Below are positions 12,901 through 25,100 of a stretch of DNA of 64,000 nt, piece after piece (position 1 is the first letter of the stretch; each line of letters starts with the position of its first letter). The translations under genes and the position numbers were made by a program. The notes below the pieces were generated by a model, which saw only the letters and a list, made by a program, of their open reading frames with translations, searched no databases and was not told where the DNA came from. Location: the NCBI GenBank assembly GCA_044892525.1, contig CM097887.1:89568397-89632396 (forward strand), written 5' to 3'. The DNA is from Schmidtea polychroa. Its lineage: Eukaryota.

Positions 12901-15900
12901 ATAATGTGAGTGTACGGTATTTACGTAACATTTAATAATTTTCCGGGTGACATAGAAAGATTGGAAAAAAATTGCAGCTTTTAGCAATATTGGTAAACCA
13001 TAGCTTCAAGGCCAATCTCAGACATCAGTGGAAGGACTGGATGACTGAAGGCGCGGGTATGCGACGCGCAACTTATGCACAAATGGGTGAGTGGATCAGT
13101 AAAGCATTGGATAATATCAGCATTAGGATAATAACATAAAATATTTGATATTAATATTATTTTAATTTACGTAAATATAATTTATAATTTGAATATTGGA
13201 CTCAGTTTTGAATAATTATTTAAATTTTTGACAAAAAATTACATTGTTGTTTGAAGTACATTTTGAAGTGCTTCTCTCAATTTGAATAGATTTTTTTCGT
13301 CTTTTATGTTCACTAGAAATTCCGGTGTTTCTACTCCTATTTTAGGTTTGATTTCTAGTTTACACTCCGGCTCACAACTTTTGTCATCAATTCGCCTTTT
13401 CTTTAATGATCCCATTGCAACTGAATCTTTCAACAGTGCCGAAGATCGTTTATTACCAATAACTGGTGAGTGTTCGAGTATAGGTCTTGAAATATCCTGA
13501 GTTTCATCTTGCCTATCCGTTAAAGATTGAGCTTGACATTTATCCTCCTCTTCTACCTCTATAATGAAAGTAACAATAAAACTATAACTCAATAAATTAC
13601 AATTTAATAGATNNNNNNNNNNNNNNNNNNNNNNNNNNNNNNNNNNNNNNNNNNNNNNNNNNNNNNNNNNNNNNNNNNNNNNNNNNNNNNNNNNNNNNNN
13701 NNNNNNNNNNNNNNNNNNNNNNNNNNNNNNNNNNNNNNNNNNNNNNNNNNNNNNNNNNNNNNNNNNNNNNNNNNNNNNNNNNNNNNNNNNNNNNNNNNNN
13801 NNNNNNNNNNNNNNNNNNNNNNNATATACCATCAAAATTAATAGACTGTGGATCTTTTGGAGTATCTTCTCGTTTTTCTCTTGATTTATCTTCCTCTTGA
13901 TCTGTGCGATCCGTTAAAATTTGAGCCTGGCATTCTTTCTCATCTTCTACCTCTATAATAAAATTAACTATGAAAATATAACTCAATAAATTACAATTTA
14001 AGACATTACATAAAAAATAATTATTAATATTATTTACTATCATTATTATGAGATTTTGAATTTTTAAATGTTAAATCTCAAAAATGTTAAAAGATAAATA
14101 TTTAAAAAATTAAATAGTATATTTAAACCAAATATATTTTAAGAAATTGTGTTAATTATCAGTCTACCATCATAATCAATGTCAAAAGTTATATACAGAA
14201 ACAATAATTATGTATTAGTAATGATTTAATGAACTAATTAAATAATCTCAATAAATTCATTGCTGATTGAATGCTAATTGTAGGGAGTTGTGATTTACCT
14301 TGTGATTTATCACCAATGCATCGCATACAATTCTTTTCCACTTATTATAAAGGTTTTAAGATTTTAAAATCTTTCAAGTCAGTTGCCCTTTTACACATTT
14401 TCCTATGCTCAATAATATGACTAACACTTTTCGATCGGCTGTATTCTTGAAGCTTTTTAGGAAATTAGTAAATCTATTCAATGTATACGGCATTGAACCC
14501 ATTACATGAAAACTTATAAACTAGATCAGACACTAAATTTATTGCGGTTTGAGATTTATTCCTAAACATATTTATTATTATTACAAATTAGTGAAAATTT
14601 AAAATAAGTAACTGTTGAAATGCTGAAACTTCTGTATTTTAACGAGTGGTAAAAGTTCGGTAGTCCTAGCGTCAGCTGCATGGAGATTGCGCATTTTTAA
14701 TAGTTTCTATTTAAATCTAATAAAGAATTTAATAATTTTCAGAACCAATTTAAAATGGTAAAGAACACCACAAAACTGCATTTGTTAAGAATTAGTTTAC
14801 AGTAAAAGAAAAAATAGCCATTATTAAGGAGACCAAAACAAATTCTATAAGATCGGTTGGTAAAAAGCACAATATTCCCGAGTTAAATATTAGACGTTGG
14901 ATTAAGCAAGAAATAAACTTGAAATCAATGATTTCAAATTCGGACGTAAAAATCAGAACAAGAAAAAGATTAGGTGGGGGTAAAAAGGCCCAATTTGATG
15001 AAGTGGAGCAAGAACCTTGCCAGCTTGTCATCAATCGTGACGAAAAAGGATTGACAGTAAAAATATTGTTTTGAAGGCAAAATCTCTCCGCGACAAATCT
15101 ATCAAAATATTGAAGATAAAGACAAAAAGGAAGGATTGATTTGCAAACGAGAAGAGCTTTTAAAGTTTAAAGCATCAGATTCGTGGTGCTATAATTTTAA
15201 AAAGAGACGCACTTGATGTCACGTGACCAGACAGGGTGCCGTAAACTTTTAGAGAATTTTAAAGAAATAACTTCCGATTTTATTATTGATGTTCGGGAAA
15301 TAATAATAAAATATAAAATTTAGCCTGAGAATATAATGAATATTGACCAAATTCCCCGAATGTTCGAATATGAGCCAAAAGGTACTATCACTATAAGAAG
15401 AGCCAAGGAAGTGTTCATGAAAAAAGCTTCAACTTCACACAAAAAATTCACATTCACTCGAACAATAAATGCTTCAAAACATTTCATTAACATGCATGTC
15501 CTATTTTCTAAATTAAAGGTAAAAACTGATAGATGGTTTCTCTATAGACACAAATTGCACTGTTATGTGGTCAGATGTAACTTTGAAAACATATTTTAAT
15601 AATGTAATTCTTAAGAGACCCCAAACTGCATTATTAAAACAACACATGCTTCTGATTCTAGATTCGTATCCAGTACATTTGAAAGTCATAAATGAAATTA
15701 AAGAGAAATTTGAGGAACAGTATAACATTCATTTTAAGATTGCACATCCCAATTTCACTGATCTACTTCAATCAATAGATTTTGGGCTGGGAAGATCATT
15801 TCAAACTTTCTACACTGAGAAGTACGACTATTACATTACAAGAGCATTGGATGATTTTAAATTAAAGACTAAAATGGGAAATATTAAAATGGCTTCTTAT

Positions 15901-18900
15901 GTTGAATTCTCTGGTTGGATCAAGGAATGAAGTGAAAAACTAACTGTTGATGATATATCGAAATGTTTCAAAGTAGTGGGAGCTCATCCAGATGTTAACG
16001 AAAATAATTTTATGGAACAACTGCATGAGGCTTTGAAGAAATATTTCTTGGGGATTTTTGATCAAGAAAAGTGGCTTGAAAATTATGAGAAACTAATTGA
16101 AGATTTTGGAGAAGATAACTTTTTGGATAAAATTTGTGATGAATACAAATTTACAAATAACTCCAGAATTATCAGAATTATGTAATAAAACGAGGAAAGA
16201 TTACTGGAAACAGAAAAATTATCAGAAGGCAAAATAGAACTGCACGCCTTTTCAATCATTCTCGATATTCAAATTACTTTGATCGAATTGGACGATGATT
16301 ACACCGAACTTGATCGTTTAACCAATTAAAAGTGTGGTAATGTGCGCATTAAGACTATTATATTGAAGTTTAGAGATTGTTATGCATACAGTTAGGAATA
16401 AAAATAATATTTTTTTTATATTATATAAATAAATAAAATCGTATAATAATTGTTATTGTTATTGTGTCGTCGTTTTTTTCATCAAATTTGCGATCTATTT
16501 GAAATTATGTTAGAGTTATATATATTTTCAATTTAACATTTTTTAATAAGTTACGCGCGCAATCTCCACGGGGGCTGGCGGTAGGAAATTAAAAGGAATA
16601 GTTGTTTGAATGTAATCAATAAATTATATTTTTTTATTAAATCGTTTGTCTAGACGAGTGTTTCCCAAAGTGTAGGTCGCGATCCGACACCGGGTCGAAA
16701 AGAAATTCAGCAATATCGTAACGGGCCGCGGTCAAAAAAGTTTGGGAAACGCCGGTCTAGACATTTTGTTATTGATCTATGAGGTNNNNNNNNNNNNNNN
16801 NNNNNNNNNNNNNNNNNNNNNNNNNNNNNNNNNNNNNNNNNNNNNNNNNNNNNNNNNNNNNNNNNNNNNNNNNNNNNNNNNNNNNNNNNNNNNNNNNNNN
16901 NNNNNNNNNNNNNNNNNNNNNNNNNNNNNNNNNNNNNNNNNNNNNNNNNNNNNNNNNNNNNNNNNNNNTGAATGCTATGTTGAATCTAGTGATATTATCA
17001 ATGAGGATATAAAAACACATATTCGAAAGATTTTTGAAAGCATCCCTAAGCTTATGCAAAGATTCACCGGTAGGGCTTTACCCATTGAAAAGTGTGCGGC
17101 AAAAAACTTTGATCAAAATGAAAATTTAGTTTTACCCAAGTAGATCGTTAGGAACCCGCTAACTCACAAATGTAGTTCAACTCAAAAATTTTTAATTTTT
17201 TAAAATTTTTTATAATTTTTTAAGATTTTAAACAATTTTTAATGGTTTTTCTCAGAAATTTAATAAATTTTTACAATTTTCAAGGTATCTACATAAATAT
17301 TTTCAGAGTATTTAAGTAGGTCAACTCAAAATACTTAGAAAAAGTTTTGAAAATTATGTAGGTCAACTCAAAATACTTAAAAATAATTTTTGAAAAAGTA
17401 TGTCAACTCAAAATACTTAGAAAATTTTTTTTAATTTTTTAGAAATAAGTAGGTCACATACACACATGCTATATATTTTCAATAAATAGTCTAACTCAAA
17501 GTATTATTATTTTCAAAGTTATTTTCAATTTTATTTTCAATTTTATTTTCAAAGTATTATTTTCAAAGTTCTTATTATTATTTTATTTTCGAAGTTTCAT
17601 TATTTACTTAAATATTCAATTTTATGAAATAATTTTAAATAAATGCAATTAATATATATCTTATCTTATCTATGTCACTTCTCAATATATTTTGATATAC
17701 CATTTATCATAGAATAATGAATAATTCTAACACGGAATTTACGCTGCTTACCATTTTAGAATAAGATTTTTTATCAAAATTTGTGATAATTTGACTGTTT
17801 CAATTTGATGGAGTTATTGTTAATTCGTTTTATTAAATATTTATCCGACAAGATATTTTGACCCCCCATAGGTATTGGTCGTAAGGTACTGGTCGCAAGG
17901 GCACTGATATGTTTTAATGATTTTATTTAGGCAAATCTTTGGTTATTATTTGGCACTAAATTCATTGGTAATTTTTTAGAGTTGATGTTAGTGCGATTTA
18001 GTAAATATTCAAATGAATTACTATAATTTTTTGTGAATTTCATGTTAATTGAAAGAATATTTAAAAATTTAAGGTTTTATTGTTAATTCTAAGACAAATT
18101 TAATTAATTTCTTGATAATTTGGTATATTTTATTGACTTGTTTTTTAAATAAAAATTATTTTTTATGACAGCTAGGTTAATAATTAGAGTTTTTACAATA
18201 ATCAAGTGATAGGATAAATTATTTAATTTTTATGATGACTTTGTAATGATAATTTGACTAAATAATTTTTTCATATATTTTCTAAGAATATTTCCATTTA
18301 CACATTGATGAACTTTTAAATATTGAAAATCTAAAGTTGAAACCAGCTTATTTTATCATGAATTTTATTTGAAATCTACTTGAAAATTATTGTAAAATAT
18401 ACTGAAATTTGTGATTTAGTTTGGAAGATATATCAAGTTATAATTACTATAATTGGCTGAATCGATGAAGAATTATGATCAATCAATATATTTCATCTCT
18501 AGTTAGGTATTTCATGGTAAATGTGGTGAAATATTTGTAGAAAATATTGATTTTAGTGAATTTTGATCTTTTAGTGTGCTCTTACTACATGAATTTAGCT
18601 ACTAAATTATTTCAATGGAAAAAATGTATGGTATCTGTAACAATTAAATAAAATTAATATTTTGAAGAATTTTCTATGGATTTTAAGAGAATTGATATAT
18701 TAAAGGGCTCAATTGGGTGACATTAAGGGATATAGCCGGTTGGATTTAGTGAGGGTTCAGTTAAGATGGGAATATATGATTTTTAAGGAATATAGTCGGT
18801 TGGATGTGTAAAGGGGTAGAAATATTTGGTGAAGGATCGGTTAAGGTGGAAATGTTTTGAATATCTCTATTTAAATCGATAATTTTCTTATTGGTAAAAT

Positions 18901-21900
18901 ATTAATGTTTCAAGGGAAATAGTCAGTATTTAGCTATGAGTCAATAATAGTTCCTGTGAAATTATGTCGTTTTAGGTTTATTAGATTGTAATGAATCTAA
19001 TTGCACAGTAATTTAGATTTATGTTTTACTTTAGAACCAGTTTTTATTAATTTTCTATTAATTATCCACGGTTTTATTAAGTCGTTTAGAGTTAATGATC
19101 AATTAGGTGTTTATTTACTTGGTTTTGACAATGAAATATTTGAAATCTTTGGAATTAATTGGGAATGATATCAACGGTTATTGCTTTAAATTATTTATCT
19201 TTATTTAACATGTTATAGACCGATATTCATTGTGGGGATATCGGAGATAAAACTTGAGAAATATTGACTTAAAAGAGTTGGACATCGACAGAAACTAAAG
19301 AAAATTGAACTTTATTGAAGGAAATTTATTTTAATATTATTATTTTGTGGACTGATGGCTGAGTGGGAATTTACTTTTTGGTTTTTTGTTTTGAAGTTAG
19401 GTATGAGGTTCAATTCCAAGTATGGGTGACTTTTTTCAAAAATTAATTTTTACATGTTATTTCTAATATAGATCGAATCAGCATGCTTTATTTGCTATAA
19501 ATTGAAATTTTCATAAAAATCGGTTAATTATTTTTACTTAAAGGTTCATAGTATTTTCTCACCTACTGGCATAAAATGCAGTAAACAATCATTAAATAAT
19601 AATTGATATTAATTTTCTGACCATTTGGGTATTTATTTTATTATACGTTGTGATTTCATTAAATATTTTGTGTTGTACCCTTTAAATAACAATAGAAAAA
19701 TTTCATCTATTGACCATTTTTAATATAAGGTATGCAAACGTTATGAAATGTATAAAACAAGGAAAATGATCCATTTATAATACATAGAAACTAGTAGTAG
19801 TAGTAGTAGTAGTAGATGTCGATGTCGATGTCGATGTCGATGTCGTGGTCGTAGTTGTGGTTGTGGTTGTGGTCGTGATCGTGGTCGTGGTCGTGTTTGT
19901 ATTTTAGCATTGGTCATACTCGGTTGTATGAATAGTACTGGAGTAGTCAATAGTACTGGATCCTTATATAGAGTAGTCGATGTGTGTGTGTGTTGTACAC
20001 TAATCATTAGTACTGGACTCTCACATAATAGTAGTCGATGTGTGTTGTATGAATAGTACTGGACTAGATGTGTGTGTTAGCAACCAGTGACCACTAAGTA
20101 TGACGACACAGTTACCATGGTATTGAGTCATCAATAAGTGGATAGTTAGTAACAGGTTTGTATATGACATAATGGACACTTGAGTGGTCAGTTAGTGACA
20201 ATGTGTGTATGACGTATTTGGTACGCGAGTGGTCAGTTAGTAACAATGTGTGTATGACTTAATGGACACGTGGCTGGTCAGTTAGCAACAGTGTGTGTAT
20301 TACGTAATCGGTCATTATTGCGTAATCGATATACCCCCCTTTTTATATCTGACGGGCTCACATCCTTCTATTAAATTAATTAATTAATTAGAAATTGAAT
20401 CGGTTGAATATCAGTTAAGGGTAAAATATGGTCATTTGAAGGAATAATATTATCGGGTGAATAAATCTTCCAATGATATTTGCTAAATTACCTTTTGCTA
20501 AATATTGTTTTAAATGACAAAGTTAACCAATAAATTAGTCGATCGAAATAAGAATTCGGTAAAAGTTACATTTAAAATATTCTAATTATTCACGAATTTC
20601 TGATAAAGATATATATGAGCTTCTATTTCTCACTAAATTACCTAGTAATTTCTAACTGATATACATGTACCTTAATTTACTAATTAATATACCCTTGCGA
20701 CATGTTGAATGTGAGCAGTACCCTTGCTAGCAATACCCTTAGGGGGACAGAATATCTTGTCGGATAAACTCGGAGTATATATAAGAACTTGCAATATGCT
20801 ACCCAAATTGTCTTTATTGATACATCAAAATACTGTTATTTAAAAGATTAACTAAAAAATACTCAAAAATACTATATTATCTAGGAATTCATTTACTGAA
20901 TGATACCTTAAAATTTAAAGCTTAAATGATCTTGCTTCTAATATACATATGAATTGATTTCTAAAATAATCATGTTTTTCTATCAAACATGCATAAATTG
21001 AATATAAATTTGCTGAATATTACTCAAATAAACATGTTTCTTGCTAAAGAATTTACTAATTAATATCTCCAAATGATATTTCGCAGAAAGGTATATAAAA
21101 TCTCTATGAATTTGTTAAATGTTTTCTTCAATATAAATTGTTAATTAGTTGCTAAAATAGTCACAGAATTGTCCTAAGAATTTTATTCAAAACTACCCTC
21201 AATTAATCATATATTAATAATTTTAAATATTATACTAAATATGTTTCTAGTTAAATGATTGAAATATTTGGTATTACTATCAACTATATAAAAATTGTTA
21301 TGAATCCAAGAATATTTTATTTAACTGGTACAACCAAAAACATGGATTTCTAACTAAATTGGTAAATTTTTCTGGAAATATTTTACTTACGAAATTCCTA
21401 TATTTAAAATAACCATGTATTTTTTATTAAATGGCCTAAATATTTGCTATTTGGTATCTAAAAAATCAAGTTTTTCTTAAATTGTATGGTATTGTTAAAT
21501 ACTTTAAAATAATAATAATAATAATTGATGGAAATTTTCGTGCAACTAATGAAAATGTTCTTGAAAATAATCATAATATTGAAAATATTGAAAATGTTGA
21601 AAATTATGAAAATATTCATGCAAATGATGAAAATCATGAAATTGATGTAGAAATTAAGTTCTATGAATATTTAAGTAAATAGTGAAACTTCGAAAATAAA
21701 ATAATAATAAGAACTTTGAAAATAACTTTGAAAATAATACTTTGAAAATAACTTTGGAAATAAATTTGAGAATAATAATACTTTGAAAATAATATTTTGA
21801 GAATAGCTTTGAAAATAATAATACTTTCAGTTACACTATTTATTGAAAATATATAGCATGTGTGTATGTGACCTACATATTTCTAAAAAAATTAAAAAAA

Positions 21901-22003
21901 ATTTTCTAAGTATTTTGAGTTGACATACTTTTTTCAAAAATTATTGTTTTTAAATATATTAATTTGTTCCTTCAAAAATATCTGCTTGTTAGTACAGGAT
22001 AAT

Positions 22004-22066
<63 letters not shown>

Positions 22067-22147
22067 TTGCGACATGTTGAATGTGAGCAGTACATTTATG
22101 AGCAATACCCTTAGGGGGTCAAAATATCTTGTCGGATAAACTCCGAG

Positions 22148-22196
<49 letters not shown>

Positions 22197-25100
22197 CACC
22201 GCGCGCGTTATTTAAAATGAGTTATCCATTACTTTTAAAAATTTTCAATTCTTAAAAGTTGTTGAATTATCCCTTATTTATTGCCCATTACACACATGCA
22301 CGCATAAAGTCAGTTTTTTCTACCCCCGATATATATTTTACCTACTTTGAGTTAGACTATTTATTGAAAATATATTATAAAAATTTTCGATTCCTAAAAG
22401 TTGTTGAATGCTCCCTTATTTATTGCCCATTACACGCATGCACGCATAAAGTCAGTTTTTTCTACCCCCGATATATTTGACCTACTTAATTTTTCAAAAA
22501 TTTTCTAAGTATTTTGAGTTGACCTACATAAAACAACTTGTCACTGGTGGTTGCTGAATGTACAAAAAATAAATAGTTCCTCAAGAAACTGGTTACGTCA
22601 TATTTTAAATTATAAAAATCTTCAAATTATGTCATTTTGGCTTGAAATTCTTCATCAGAACACAGCATATAGGGTAGCAAACTTACATGAACAAAATACA
22701 TAATCTTTCCTTCACATTCCTACAACATATGGTATTTTGTACGTTGATAATGATAATGGGCCAGGAGAAAAATAAGATTTAAATTATCTAGTCAAATATT
22801 ATCATGAAAAGGTAAAACCTATAATATCAAATACATCCTCTATAATTTGATACTAATCAAGAATAACTTATCGACCGTTTTTTAAAGAAATTACCGAAGC
22901 ACTTCTTCAATTCTTTTATCATTGTAAGATGTATTTATATAAACTATTCATATTTATAGTATTTATATTTGATTATTTGAATATTGTGGTATGTTGAAAT
23001 TGAATGTTGAAATTGTTCGAAATATTATTTGGATTTGAATTAATTCCCCAGAAATGAATTAAGAAAATATGTTGTTTAAATAATATATAATTATTCACGA
23101 CTTTGTATTTATTAATGTCTAAAATTAAGACGAATCCTAACAATCGTGATTCAAGACAAATGATAAATTCGCTTGCAATGGAATACCTTTTTGAGAGTAT
23201 TGGCGTGCTGGAAGCTGAATTGGCAACAAGGTCCAGCGTCCGAATTTGACAAGGGATGGGCAAATAATAACCAACAAGATAACGTTAGAGTACTTCATAA
23301 CTATGCACAGCATAATAGTATAATAAATATAAATATAATTGTAAATATTATTATAAGAACTTTTATTTCTTCCAATTTCACCACTGATTATTTTTTCTGT
23401 TAAATTTATTAAAAAGAGAGTTTGAAGACTATAAATCAGTAATATATCGATGTTTGTTGATACTCACGAATTTTCGGCACTGCTTTTTTTCTTTTTCAAG
23501 TGAAAATTCACTTGAAAAAGGCAGTGCGAAAATTCGTGAGTATCTTCACATTCCATTACAATATTCCTTCGCTGAAACACTGGGAAAATCAAAAGCTGCT
23601 GGAACATTGTAAAGTTGTGTCCATTGCACTAACATCACATGTCGAACTCGAAGGCGAAGTTCAAGTTGTCATGATGGACATCGAGAAGACGGAGCTGACG
23701 GAAGAGCTTCGGACACTTTCGCATTTACTGTTACTCGAGTGCAGGAGAGTCCTTGATGCGATGAATTATATTCTGAAATCCGACCTCCCAGAGATTTTCC
23801 CGAATGTGGTGGTCGCGTTGTGAATAATAATTTCAATGCCAGTGAGTGTCGCAAGTGGAGAGCGCAGTTTCTCTAAATTGAAGCTCATCAAGTCATATCT
23901 TCGTTCAACTATAGCACAGGACAGGTTTTGTTGATTAGCAATGATAACCATCAAAATGAACTAAGTTCTGAACTTGATTATTTTCAATTGATCGACGCTT
24001 TTGCAAGGCGCAAAGTGCGTCGGGTTCCTCTTTGATTGAAACATTAAATAACGTGAAAATGAAATGTAAATGAAAATCTTTTACACTTACGAAAATTTTC
24101 AAAATTTCGTGAATATCACAAAATAAACATCGATATATTTTCTGATTCATTGTCAAGCTTTTAAATAAATGCAATGTCAATTGAAAAGAAATCAGTGGTG
24201 AAAATTGAAAAAGTTTTTATAATACTATTATGATAATTATTATTATTTATAATTATTTATAATTATTATTATTATCATTATTTATAATTATTTATTATAA
24301 TTATTATAATTATTTTAATAATGTTAATATACTATCAAACATAATAGTCTGGCTATCATAATTATAATCCAATGATGGCATTGATTTATTTTCACAGATT
24401 TCGCTTGATTTATCTTCCAACTTATTTCTTGACTCATCATCCTTTATTTTTATTGACAGATCTTCACTTCTATCTCTTGATCTATCTTCCCTTTGATCTC
24501 GTGGTCTGTCTGCACAATTTTCTCTTGACCAATCTTTCCTTCTATCTCTTGATCTATCTTCCAACCTATTTCTTGATAAACCTACGCTTCTATCTCTAGA
24601 TCTATCTTCTCTTGGATAATGTGATTTGTCCACCCATTGATCGTTTGATCTATCTCTTGATCTATCTTCAAACCTACTTCTTGACCTATCATCTCTTCTA
24701 TTTCTTGATAAATCTACGCTTCTATCTCTAGATCTATCTTCTTTTCGATTATGTGATTTGTCCACCCATTGATCGCTTGATCTATCTCTTGATCTATCTT
24801 CAAACCTATTTCTTGATCGATCATCTCTTCTATTTCTTGACCTATCATCTCTTCTATTTCTTGACCTATCATCTCTTCTATTTCTTGACAAATCACTTCT
24901 TTCTCTTGATCTATCTTCCCTTTGATCTCGTGATCTGTCTGCACATCTATCTCTTGACCAATCTTTCCTTCTATCTCTTGATCTATCTTCCACCCTATTT
25001 CTATCTCTAGATCTATCTTCTCTTTGATGTGATTTGTCCACCGATTGATCGTTCGATCTATCTCTTGATCTATCTTCTAATAGGTCCATGGTTGTTTTCA

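Larger units (their letters stand above)
17170..22530. mobile_element. Large non-coding foldback-like element with long imperfect terminal inverted repeats
   Basis: About 17385-17630 is inverted at about 21660-21950. The GTAGGTCAACTCAAAATACTTAGAAA motif is repeated on the left and inverted at 21900-21930 and 22500-22530. An internal inverted pair lies at about 17840-17915 and 20690-20775. Confidence 0.6.

Noticed and set aside
16742-17143. ORFs spanning N-gaps (also 13239-14043 and 33613-33905)
   Set aside because: Their lengths are artefacts of N runs. The tail after the 16.8-kb gap (ECYVESSDII..) could not be assigned.
19741-20007. RPRPQP/RH-repeat ORF
   Set aside because: Translation of a compound microsatellite inside a repeat element.
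24372-25010. Plus-strand hydrophobic ORFs and the alternative-frame QEIEE ORF
   Set aside because: These are antisense or off-frame shadows of the tandem repeat.
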